Assembly: GCA_021786945.1 (NCBI GenBank)
Contig: JAJYMK010000003.1
Span: forward strand, 329,366 to 393,365
Source of the DNA: a bacterium
Lineage (GTDB): Bacteria > Patescibacteriota > Minisyncoccia > UBA6257 > 02-FULL-45-10c
Direction of reading: 5' to 3'
Length of the DNA: 64,000 nucleotides
Shown: positions 34,518 to 45,745 of the stretch, in pieces
Layout: each line of letters begins with the position of its first letter
How positions within the stretch are numbered: the first letter of the stretch is position 1
Program-made: the position numbers and the translations under genes
The notes under the pieces: generated by a model
What the model saw: the letters and a program-made list of their open reading frames with translations, nothing else
The model's database searches: none
What the model was told of the DNA's origin: nothing

Positions 34518-35744
34518 TTATTTCTTAGGCAGTAAAATATTTAAATATGCATTTTGCTGGTTTAAATATTTTTCGACTACCTTTTTTATTTCTCCAATGG
34601 TTAAATTTTTAATTTTCTCTTCATATTCTTTATAACCAATAGGTTTACCAAAATAAACCATCTCATTTGCGGCTGAAGAAATTATATTAAAAGGACTTTC
34701 AAAAGAAAAAGCCAATGCTCCCAATGCCCTACTTTTAGTTTTTTTAAATCTTTCCTCATCTTCTTTGGTTTGATCAATAATAGATAATACCAATTTATTA
34801 ATTTCTTCATATTTTTGAGAAGTCGTACTCATTGAAACGGAAAAATAACCAACATCCAATCCTGGATAATACGAAGTACCAACAGAATAAATAAGGTTTC
34901 TTTTGACTCTAAGCTCTTGGAATAACGGAGAAGCGCCGCCGCCATTAAGCATAGATGTAAAAAAATCCAATGCTAATTTTTCATCAAACGATATCTGATC
35001 AATAAAAAAACTTAAATCAAATTTTGTCTGATTGAAATCTTTATTACCTATAAAAATTTTCTTATCGGGCTTAATTAATGCTGCAACCCTTTTATTGTTT
35101 TTTTGTCCTGACTTTAATTGACCAAAATATTTTTCAAAAAGATCTAAAGTTTTTTGACTATCTATATTCCCCGCAACAAAAAATACATAATTACTAGAAT
35201 TATAAAATTTTGTCTTAAAAGAAATTAAATCTGAAATAGATAAATTAGAGACGCTCTGTTCGTTGCCAACAACAGGGTGACTAATCGGATGAGAAGAAAA
35301 AAGATTGCCCATTACTAAATTAAAAAAATAAGAATTAGGGTTATCATTGTTTTTTTTAATTTCTTCAATAATAACTTTTTTTTCTGATTCCCAATCAGCT
35401 TCCCTTAAAAGTGGTTGTTCTAATACTTCATACAACCAATTAATTGATCGTTCAATTTCATAGTCGGGAACCTTACTATAAAAAAAGGTTCTATCCTTAT
35501 TTGTTACGGCATTTATAAATCCACCAACTTCTTCAATATAGCTTTGTAAAGATAAGCTATCGCTAAATTTTTTAGTACCCTTAAACGGCATGTGTTCCAA
35601 CGCGTGAGCAATACCAAACTGATCATTTTTTTCATCCCTTGAACCAACATTCACTAAAGCTCCGCAAGCCACTGATTTTAATCCGCTTAATTGCATAAAA
35701 TAAACTGGAATGCCATTTTTAGTTTTAGTTTCAAAAAATTCCAT
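34518..35744 (-). CDS. M16 family zinc peptidase (pitrilysin/insulinase-like)
   Basis: Inverted zincin motif HALEHMPFKGT (HxxEH). Confidence 0.8.
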   Translation of the reverse strand: MEFFETKTKNGIPVYFMQLSGLKSVACGALVNVGSRDEKNDQFGIAHALEHMPFKGTKKFSDSLSLQSYIEEVGGFINAVTNKDRTFFYSKVPDYEIERSINWLYEVLEQPLLREADWESEKKVIIEEIKKNNDNPNSYFFNLVMGNLFSSHPISHPVVGNEQSVSNLSISDLISFKTKFYNSSNYVFFVAGNIDSQKTLDLFEKYFGQLKSGQKNNKRVAALIKPDKKIFIGNKDFNQTKFDLSFFIDQISFDEKLALDFFTSMLNGGGASPLFQELRVKRNLIYSVGTSYYPGLDVGYFSVSMSTTSQKYEEINKLVLSIIDQTKEDEERFKKTKSRALGALAFSFESPFNIISSAANEMVYFGKPIGYKEYEEKIKNLTIGEIKKVVEKYLNQQNAYLNILLPKK

Positions 35745-35748
35745 AAAT

Positions 35749-37818
<2,070 letters not shown>

Positions 37819-37873
37819 TTAAATAAAGTCTTAAATTACCTTATTATTATAAGATAAACAGAGACATCTATCT

Positions 37874-39385
37874 ATGCGCGTATTATCAAAAAATTCCATA
37901 TATATAATAACAGCTGTTGCTCTTGCCGCCCTGGCTTTTTCTACGCTCAACTTCTACATCCTCGGCTTTTTCTATATAGCTCCCTATTTTTTATTCCTGA
38001 TTAAAAACGACGATTTAAAAACTTTGCTTTGGGGCAGCTTTGTTTTCTGTTTTTTATTTCTCATAGCCACAGCCTACGTGACTTTCGAGCCGCTACTCTT
38101 CCTGGCTTCTTCGGCAATATTTTTGGGACTGCCAGTTTCTTTTTTCCTTATCAAAAAACTAATCAGGGAAAAGTTCGCAATGTTTTCCCTTCCGGTAATC
38201 TGGACTTTTTGGAATATTGTGTGGGCATACTACAGCCCGCTTCCATTCACGGTATTAACCGCGGGAAATACTTTGGGAATATCGCCGTTTGTGGGGATAG
38301 CGGCCACAGGAGGAATTATTGCCCTTACCCTATTTACCGCCATCGTCAATTTTCTTGTTATGCTTTTTCTTCTAAATATAAAACCGGGCTTTAATAAAAA
38401 ATCTTTTTTAATTTTTACGATAGCATTGTTAATTATTTCGGGCGGATATATATATTCAAAAACCCAATTAAAAATAAATTCTAGGCATTATTTAAATCTT
38501 AAAAACACCATTAACGTGGCTTCGGTTTCAATAAATTCAGATTTCGATAAAAATTTTGATGTCTTCAAAAATGATGAACTCTCAAGCGAAGAAAAGATAA
38601 AAGCAATCCCGCTTATACAAAGCACCTTGGAACCTATAAAAGAAGGACTTAAAAACAAGAATTCCGATCTGATAATTTTACCTGAAGACATGATAGATAT
38701 AACTAGTAAAAACGATACCGACGAGGAAGCTTATCAGAAATATCAAATAACAAATGCCGGAATCCTGATTAGGGCCTATCGTGAAATGGCGAAAGAACTG
38801 AATTCCAACATTCTCAGTATTATGACGACTATCAAATACGATAAAAGAAGTATTAGCGGTATTTTATTCGATAAGAAGGGCGAAATCTCCGGCGTTTACG
38901 ACAAATCCACACTTACCATAGGAAGCGAGTACTGGCCGTTTAAAAACTGGAGGCCATTCTACTACAACTGGATCGGCCAAATAATTCCGGACATTAAAGA
39001 CGATAGCCCTATATTCGATCAAAAATATTCTTATCAGGCCGGAAAAATGACCGTTTTAAAAAATAATTATTTACCGGAAATCGCTTCTCCAATTTGTGTA
39101 GAAATATTTTATCCGGAAAAACTTAAAGAATTCAGAAATCTTGGAGCAAAAATAATAATTCATTCTTCCAGCAATGTATGGACTGTAGCTTATGGCTTAA
39201 ATAGCTATCTGAAGCTCAGCGACAGAATAAGAATAATAGAATCCGTTTGGTTAAAAACACCGGTAATCTTCAATGGCAGAAGCGAGATGGCCGGAATAGT
39301 TACGCCCGGCGGGAACATAGAAAAACAGGCGTATGAAGCAAATAATAAAAATTTCGGAATAAAATTTACAGATCTTAAATTTTAA
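37874..39385 (+). CDS. apolipoprotein N-acyltransferase-like (polytopic N-terminus plus CN-hydrolase domain)
   Basis: 6-8 N-terminal TM helices. The C-terminal nitrilase-like region has IILPEDM (Glu), a Lys region, and SPICVEIFYPE (Cys). Confidence 0.6.
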   Translation: MRVLSKNSIYIITAVALAALAFSTLNFYILGFFYIAPYFLFLIKNDDLKTLLWGSFVFCFLFLIATAYVTFEPLLFLASSAIFLGLPVSFFLIKKLIREKFAMFSLPVIWTFWNIVWAYYSPLPFTVLTAGNTLGISPFVGIAATGGIIALTLFTAIVNFLVMLFLLNIKPGFNKKSFLIFTIALLIISGGYIYSKTQLKINSRHYLNLKNTINVASVSINSDFDKNFDVFKNDELSSEEKIKAIPLIQSTLEPIKEGLKNKNSDLIILPEDMIDITSKNDTDEEAYQKYQITNAGILIRAYREMAKELNSNILSIMTTIKYDKRSISGILFDKKGEISGVYDKSTLTIGSEYWPFKNWRPFYYNWIGQIIPDIKDDSPIFDQKYSYQAGKMTVLKNNYLPEIASPICVEIFYPEKLKEFRNLGAKIIIHSSSNVWTVAYGLNSYLKLSDRIRIIESVWLKTPVIFNGRSEMAGIVTPGGNIEKQAYEANNKNFGIKFTDLKF

Positions 39386-41094
39386 ATAGCTATATCGGGA
39401 GTAATAAAAAATTCTTTCAGAAATTTATTTTTTGTTTGTTCTTGGGATGTTTTTATTTGTCCAAAAATATCGGCTATAGGCCTGGACTGCAAATAATGCT
39501 GAGCGAAAACATCGCCCATCAGCTTAAAAATAGTCGGGTGAAAAATAGAATTAACCTCTGGCTCCCCCATTGAGTATTTAGAAATCGGTTCAATGGAAAA
39601 AATATCGCTAAGTTTATTATTTTTAAATATGATATTCGGTACGCTTACGGCCAAATTTTTAAAATCATTTTTCGAGCAACTATTCATACACACTAGCGAA
39701 AAACCGAAATTTTGATCAAAAAAATCGTAAACGGGCGGATGATAAGGAATCCCAACCAAACCAGCAGATTCAAGGGTCGCCAAAATCGCCTTTTGCACCG
39801 ATCCGAAATATGCCTCACTCTGTATCACGGAAACCCCATTTTCAGCCAAAACAGATTTAAGTAAAACATAAAACTCTTTGGAATAAAGATGTGAGAGGCC
39901 ATCGTCAGTCGGATCGGGAAAATCAACAAAAACCAAATCATATTTTTCTTTTTTTTGCTGCTCCACAAATTTAAATGCATCGGAAATAACCACATTAACT
40001 TTAGGATCAAAAAAAGCGCTATTGTTTAACGCTTTCATAAAACCTAGATTAGAGGAAGCTGAAATAATTGCCGGATCAATATCAACCAGGGTAATTTTTT
40101 TTACATCCGGATATTTTAAAATTTCCCGCAATGCCAACCCGTCACCCCCGCCTAACACAAGAATATTTTCATGTTTTAAGGCTAAACTCATGGCGGGATG
40201 AATAAAGGATTCATGGTAAACAGCATCCCAATCTCCCGACTCAAACTGCCTTTGCCCGTTTATATAGAGACTTATTTTACCGTCACTCGCTTTTAAAAAT
40301 GTAAGACGCTGATACGGTGAATTAATATGATAAAGGATTTCTCTATCCCCGAATTGCTTTTTCTCAAAAAATAATTCTAGCGATTCACCATTTATAAATC
40401 CCAGCATATTTACTAAAAATACAGCAATAAAAACAATGGGGAGAATTATTTTCCCCTTTTTAATATCGGATGCCGCCAATACAAAAACTGCGGCTAAAAT
40501 ATTTATAATGCCTATTAAAAAAGATGTCTTTATGAGCCCGAAGTTAGCAAAAAAGAAAATCGGTAGCGACACGGAAATTATTAAGGCGCCGATATAATCC
40601 CAAAAAAAGGCCCTACCTATAGCATCTTTCAATATTTCTTTTTCCGAAAGAATCCTTATGTACAAAGGGAGTTCAAAACCCGCCAAAACGCCTACAAAAG
40701 AAATAAAAAATAAGGAGAAGGCTGTAAATAATAACTGGGCTCCGGCTAAACCGCCAAGAAAAGCAATAATATCCGGGAATTTTAAATTTCCGAAGAAAGA
40801 AAAGAAATAGGCATAGGCGCCAAAAAGCACCGTGCTAATCGAGCCGCCTACTAAGGCTATCAAAACCTCAACAAAAACCAGCTTTTCATAAATACCTTCT
40901 TTTATTTTTGCCGAAAGCCACCCGCCTATACCCAAAGCAGCCAAGAAAAAACCTATAATCAGCGAAAAATAATAAATAGATGAGCCGAGCAAATTTGATA
41001 AAACGCTGCCGGCTAAAATTTCGTACCCTATAACCGCTACCGAGGACAGAAAAACCGACAATATTATTAATCTCTTAGTTATTCTTTCATTCAT
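39382..41094 (-). CDS. membrane-bound spermidine synthase-like aminopropyltransferase
   Basis: A polytopic N-terminal half. The C-terminal SpeE fold has VLGGGDGLALREILKYPDVKKITLVDIDPAII. Confidence 0.7.
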   Translation of the reverse strand: MNERITKRLIILSVFLSSVAVIGYEILAGSVLSNLLGSSIYYFSLIIGFFLAALGIGGWLSAKIKEGIYEKLVFVEVLIALVGGSISTVLFGAYAYFFSFFGNLKFPDIIAFLGGLAGAQLLFTAFSLFFISFVGVLAGFELPLYIRILSEKEILKDAIGRAFFWDYIGALIISVSLPIFFFANFGLIKTSFLIGIINILAAVFVLAASDIKKGKIILPIVFIAVFLVNMLGFINGESLELFFEKKQFGDREILYHINSPYQRLTFLKASDGKISLYINGQRQFESGDWDAVYHESFIHPAMSLALKHENILVLGGGDGLALREILKYPDVKKITLVDIDPAIISASSNLGFMKALNNSAFFDPKVNVVISDAFKFVEQQKKEKYDLVFVDFPDPTDDGLSHLYSKEFYVLLKSVLAENGVSVIQSEAYFGSVQKAILATLESAGLVGIPYHPPVYDFFDQNFGFSLVCMNSCSKNDFKNLAVSVPNIIFKNNKLSDIFSIEPISKYSMGEPEVNSIFHPTIFKLMGDVFAQHYLQSRPIADIFGQIKTSQEQTKNKFLKEFFITPDIAI

Positions 41095-41099
41095 TTTAA

Positions 41100-41462
41100 T
41101 TAATAATGTCTTTTAATGTTTTTTCGCATAACCTTTCTAGGTTTGTATAAATCGCGGAACATTTCAAACGCCCTTCTTGCTTTCATTTCATTTTTTTTGC
41201 TGTAATTACAAAAAAATATATCTAAGTTCAAAGAACTATTTTCCGGCCAGGTATGAATGGCAACATGGGACTCAGAAACCAAAAAAACCAGACTTATGCC
41301 TCCTCCCCCGCCAAATTTATGACTGCAAAAATCAACAATTTCAAAACCGGATTTTTTAATTATTTTTTCCGCTTCTTTTTTTAAAACTTTATCATCAAAA
41401 AAATAAACTTTATCTGCCCGGCAATTTTTAAAATCTCCCAAAATTTGTAATCCTTGCTTCAT
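41100..41462 (-). CDS. speH: S-adenosylmethionine decarboxylase proenzyme (small SpeH-type)
   Basis: VSESHVAIHTWPEN is the self-processing serine site of class 1 AdoMetDC. Confidence 0.8.
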   Translation of the reverse strand: MKQGLQILGDFKNCRADKVYFFDDKVLKKEAEKIIKKSGFEIVDFCSHKFGGGGGISLVFLVSESHVAIHTWPENSSLNLDIFFCNYSKKNEMKARRAFEMFRDLYKPRKVMRKNIKRHY

Positions 41463-41467
41463 ATAAT

Positions 41468-41941
41468 TTATTTAATAAGTTTTATAGTTTGCTGAAATAC
41501 ATAAGAAGTATCCAGGGTCTTTGCCGTTGATTTTATATTGTAATAAATATAAGCAGGATCCGGACTTGGAGTAATAAGAGAACAGGTAACCGTAAGATTG
41601 ACTTTGGTATTATTGATTTTCTCTATATCGAATTGCGGCTTTTTATCGCAAGCCAACCCCTTATCGCAATCAGAACATTCATACTCCCCACTATCCGCAT
41701 TCAATAAATTACCGGCTTTCCAATCGGCATAAAGTTTATACATACGCCATTCCAAACCGGCATCGGCAGCAAAAACCGAAACCGCCGAAGACCCAGAATC
41801 GGCCGTTTGCCGAGTTTGCCTGGCAGTCAATAATCCAGAAATAGCCGTAGCGCCGATAATAACTCCAGCCATAGCTAAAACTACCATCATCATTACCTGA
41901 CCACCACGCGAATTATTGTTTTTTATGATTTTTCTGTTCAT
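41468..41941 (-). CDS. hypothetical secreted protein (possible pilin-associated)
   Basis: An N-terminal hydrophobic segment; downstream of two pilin-like genes. Confidence 0.35.
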   Translation of the reverse strand: MNRKIIKNNNSRGGQVMMMVVLAMAGVIIGATAISGLLTARQTRQTADSGSSAVSVFAADAGLEWRMYKLYADWKAGNLLNADSGEYECSDCDKGLACDKKPQFDIEKINNTKVNLTVTCSLITPSPDPAYIYYNIKSTAKTLDTSYVFQQTIKLIK

Positions 41942-41949
41942 TTTATTTA

Positions 41950-42651
41950 TTAATCCCTAAAATCACTTCTTGGACTTACAGATGTCTGAAGATTATTAAA
42001 AGGAACTCTTGATTCTGATATTTGTGTATTTTTAGTACCAATTCTCAACAAAATAGTTATTTTTGGATAATCCCGGTATTTAAATCCAACCCCACTATCA
42101 ATCCTGAAATTCGCGTATTCCACCCTCAAATTTTCACTGACAATACTTGTAAAAACATCGGGTACACCACTATCACAAGTAGCATATCCCATAGCTCTAC
42201 TACTCCACTCCAAAGTTCTGTTAGCCACATTCCATCTATAAGTAATATAATTTCCTTTATATTGAAATTTTAGACATTTGTATGCAATAACCCCCCCCTG
42301 ATCATACGCTGTCTCATTTGCAAAAGTTGAACCCGCGCCCTTTCGTATCATCCTTGCCATTTGGTCGAGTGTGAGAGAGGCGTCGTTATTAGCCGAAATC
42401 AACGCCACCGCGGTTCTGTTTGTCCTTAAGGAATAAACAAAGATGCCCGAAACTATTGCTATCACAACTGAAAAAACCGATATAGCCACTAAAAGCTCTA
42501 TCATTGTAAACCCCCGCACCAAACGAGCATCAAACGCTTGGCGTTTCTGTCCAAACAATAATCCTTCTGGTGAGAAGGTAAACCATCCTTTTTTTGAAAA
42601 TTTTAATCCAGGAATATTTTGAAACATAAAAATTAGTGAAGCAGGTTCCAC
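41950..42651 (-). CDS. prepilin-type N-terminal cleavage/methylation domain protein (pseudopilin)
   Basis: RG|FTMIELLVAISVFSV, a class III signal with Glu at +5. Confidence 0.6.
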   Translation of the reverse strand: MEPASLIFMFQNIPGLKFSKKGWFTFSPEGLLFGQKRQAFDARLVRGFTMIELLVAISVFSVVIAIVSGIFVYSLRTNRTAVALISANNDASLTLDQMARMIRKGAGSTFANETAYDQGGVIAYKCLKFQYKGNYITYRWNVANRTLEWSSRAMGYATCDSGVPDVFTSIVSENLRVEYANFRIDSGVGFKYRDYPKITILLRIGTKNTQISESRVPFNNLQTSVSPRSDFRD

Positions 42652-43172
42652 TTAAACTCTTTTAGATCATAAAAGTAATCGACAACGCTGAAATCATAAG
42701 ACTCTGTTTTTGATTTCCAGTAAACGGTAGAAATGACCTTTATATGGCTATCATCAATGTTTGTTATATTTATTTTTCTATTAAATGTAGTTATCTTGTC
42801 ATCTTCAATTTGTTTATATCTATAGCCGCCGCCATCGATATTAAAATACAAAAAATCATTTGATCCATCCCAAGGAAAAAGCGACGATTGTGTATAATCA
42901 ATTTTATAATCACCATCAATAGTAAAACCCGGAAGAGTATTCCAAGGATTATCATCTATAATATTTCTATCTAATAAATTTTTAACCAGCTCAACTCCTT
43001 CATTGGCTAGATTTATAGCAACGTATCTGTCGGCATCTATCCTATTTACACTTAAGGAGGTGGATGTAAGAGTAAAAATACCAAGCAATCCAATAACGAT
43101 AACCGACAAGCCTATTAAAGCCTCTACCATAACCTGTCCGGAATATTTTTTTAGTTTATTGGAGATTTTCAT
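42633..43172 (-). CDS. type IV pilin-like protein
   Basis: KKYSG|QVMVEALIGLSVIVIGL, a prepilin leader with Glu at +5. Confidence 0.55.
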   Translation of the reverse strand: MKISNKLKKYSGQVMVEALIGLSVIVIGLLGIFTLTSTSLSVNRIDADRYVAINLANEGVELVKNLLDRNIIDDNPWNTLPGFTIDGDYKIDYTQSSLFPWDGSNDFLYFNIDGGGYRYKQIEDDKITTFNRKINITNIDDSHIKVISTVYWKSKTESYDFSVVDYFYDLKEFKWNLLH

Positions 43173-43253
43173 TGTCTATTATTTTATTATATCAGAAAAA
43201 ATCATTTTTTTTATATATATTTTGTGATATTCTAAATAAAATAACCATTTTAA

Positions 43254-44879
43254 ATGAAAAATATTTTTAGTAAAAATAGAATGTTACTGGCCGCCATGTT
43301 CATTACTGCTTTTTCGAGCATGGTTTATGAATTTGTATTGGCCAACACACTCACCTTCCTTTTAGGTGATACCATCCTCTACTACACTCTCGTTATAGGA
43401 TTCTTCATGCTTTCTCTGGGTATTGGATCTTATTTATCCTATAAAATTGGTCTGGATCCTATAACAAAACAACATCATGACTTTAAAAGTTCAAAAGCAT
43501 TGGTTATTGCCCAATTATTTCTTGGTTTAATAGGCGGAGGATCTTCTTTTGCGATACTTTATCTGGGAGGCTCTTCTATTCATGCACAAAACGCTCTTAC
43601 CGAAAGCAGCGGACTAATTAAAATACTCTTGGCTTCCACTATCCCCCTGCATCTTATAGCTTTAATTTTAATATGCGGCATTGGATTGCTGGTGGGACTG
43701 GAAATACCTCTTATTTACAGACTTCTGGAACGCACAGAAAAAAGATTGGCTTTGGTATTGGCAGCTGACTATCTCGGATCCTTTGTGGGATCTTCAATGT
43801 TTTCTTTGTTTTTGCTGCCGACCCTCGGAATACTAAGGGTTTCTTTTTTGGCTGGGATTCTCAATCTGTCCGCCGGACTTCTCCTTATTTTTTCCAGACA
43901 AGAAATTTCCAAAAAAATATTCCTCACCCTCTATGCAATACTTGCAATTATATTATGCTGGGGCTTCTCAAACTCCGACAGCTTGGAAAACTATTTGGAC
44001 ACGATTTACTATTCCGGAGATAATCCAGTAACAATCGTTGAAAGAATAAACTCGCCATATCAAAAAATTGTACTGACCGAAAGAAAAGAAAAAGAGAGAA
44101 ATGAAATCTCTCTTTTTTTAAATGGCTATTTGCAATTCGACTCCAAAGACGAATCACAGACATATCACAAAACCCTTGTTGATCCCGCTTTTTATCTGGC
44201 CAAAAATCATAAAAATATATTGATCTTGGGGGGCGGCGACGGTTTACCGGCTCAAGAAGTGCTTAGACAGCCCGGCGTTGAAAAGATTACAGACGTAGAC
44301 ATAGACAAGGCTATAGTAGATCTGGCCAAAGACAACAGCTTGTTAAGCGAATTCAACGGGCATGCATTTAGCGATCCAAAAGTTAACATCGTAATACAAG
44401 ATGCCTTTTTATATGTAAGAAATTCGCATGAAAAATTCGATGTTATCGTTGTAGATTTCCCGGAGGGCGTTGATATTCCCCTAGCTAGATCATATTCAAT
44501 ACAATTTATAAAAGACCTTGGAAGAATTCTTTCGCCTGGAGGCGTAATCGCTTTCCAAGTTGATACCTTCGATACATTAAGCTATTGGTCTGTAGTAAAA
44601 ACAATAGCTGCTTCCGGACTTTATATTCTTCCCACGCACACCATTCCGCCACAAGGAGCTTCTTTTGAAAAAGAAGGAATAATATTTGCAAGCAACTCCA
44701 GCTTTGATTTGTCCAATCTTAAAGAAGATTACGCTTTCTGGGCAAAATCTCTTTTAAACGGACAAAGCCTGCAATTCTCCAATAAACTCAGCCAGGTAGA
44801 CATAAACACCTTCTACAGGCCAATTTTCCTTCATTATTTCAAGAAAGAATTCTGGGCATCCTTCTGGATTGGGTTATAA
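43254..44879 (+). CDS. membrane-bound spermidine synthase-like protein (paralog of 39382-41094)
   Basis: A polytopic N-terminus. The SpeE fold has ILILGGGDGLPAQEVLRQPGVEKITDVDIDKAIV. Confidence 0.7.
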   Translation: MKNIFSKNRMLLAAMFITAFSSMVYEFVLANTLTFLLGDTILYYTLVIGFFMLSLGIGSYLSYKIGLDPITKQHHDFKSSKALVIAQLFLGLIGGGSSFAILYLGGSSIHAQNALTESSGLIKILLASTIPLHLIALILICGIGLLVGLEIPLIYRLLERTEKRLALVLAADYLGSFVGSSMFSLFLLPTLGILRVSFLAGILNLSAGLLLIFSRQEISKKIFLTLYAILAIILCWGFSNSDSLENYLDTIYYSGDNPVTIVERINSPYQKIVLTERKEKERNEISLFLNGYLQFDSKDESQTYHKTLVDPAFYLAKNHKNILILGGGDGLPAQEVLRQPGVEKITDVDIDKAIVDLAKDNSLLSEFNGHAFSDPKVNIVIQDAFLYVRNSHEKFDVIVVDFPEGVDIPLARSYSIQFIKDLGRILSPGGVIAFQVDTFDTLSYWSVVKTIAASGLYILPTHTIPPQGASFEKEGIIFASNSSFDLSNLKEDYAFWAKSLLNGQSLQFSNKLSQVDINTFYRPIFLHYFKKEFWASFWIGL

Positions 44880-44990
44880 ATTTGCCTCTGTTTACTATAT
44901 TGACTTTTTGTTAAAATAGTGATATTATATATATTAGTATAAGTTAAGTGCAACGATTGAAAATTTAATAAAAATCTGGAGGAAAAGTAT

Positions 44991-45704
44991 ATGAAAAAGA
45001 TATGGGTGGCTGTACTGACGTTTGTACTCCCCCTGATCTTCACCCTCAGGGTGAACGCTCAGGCGGTTTCGGATAACCCTTCGAAGGCAGAGATCCACAA
45101 GCTCTTCGATACGGTACCCCTCGAAAAGATGGATAAGCACGGGGTGCCGGTAAAGGAGCCGAGATTCAGCGCTTCAATAGGTATCGGACCTGGTTACCAT
45201 ATCGGGTTTGAAAATGTGGGACGAATAAAGGCTTATGATAACGCCTTTTCCTTCTCCACCCGCCTCGGATACTCCCCCCTGAAATATTTAGAAATTCAGG
45301 GTGAATATTCCAAGACGGGCATCTTCAAAAGACACAGGCCCGAATACAAACAGACGATCTCTTTCACCTTCTATACCTTTACGGTTAACTTGAAGGCTGG
45401 TATCCCGGTAGAGGTAAAAGGGCATAAATTTTACCCCTATCTAGTCGGCGGATACGGAAGAGCCGTGCTTTACTACGAAAATGTGGATACGATGAGCGGA
45501 GTGGTAAGCTGGGTTCCTAAAAAGTATTACACCAATTATTGCTCGAAAATAGGATTTGGGATTGAGACGCAAATCTCGGATCAAATATTCCTATTTTCTG
45601 AAGTGAATAATTGGAAAATGCTAAAATGGAATCCTTACTACAGCGTCGATCGTTTGGACATAACTTATTCACAAGCACTGGTCGGAGCAACACTGAAGTT
45701 CTAA
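44991..45704 (+). CDS. outer-membrane beta-barrel-like protein (porin-family fold)
   Basis: Signal peptide MKKIWVAVLTFVLPLIFTLRVNA. Alternating amphipathic strands and a C-terminal …GATLKF aromatic terminus. The gene is ~50% GC. Confidence 0.55.
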   Translation: MKKIWVAVLTFVLPLIFTLRVNAQAVSDNPSKAEIHKLFDTVPLEKMDKHGVPVKEPRFSASIGIGPGYHIGFENVGRIKAYDNAFSFSTRLGYSPLKYLEIQGEYSKTGIFKRHRPEYKQTISFTFYTFTVNLKAGIPVEVKGHKFYPYLVGGYGRAVLYYENVDTMSGVVSWVPKKYYTNYCSKIGFGIETQISDQIFLFSEVNNWKMLKWNPYYSVDRLDITYSQALVGATLKF

Positions 45705-45705
45705 A

Positions 45706-45742
45706 CAAAAAACCCGCGGACAACCGCGGGTTTTTATTTTTT
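45706..45742 (+). terminator. terminator ACCCGCGGACAACCGCGGGT plus T-run
   Basis: A perfect GC hairpin after the stop codon. Confidence 0.6.
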
Positions 45743-45745
45743 AAA

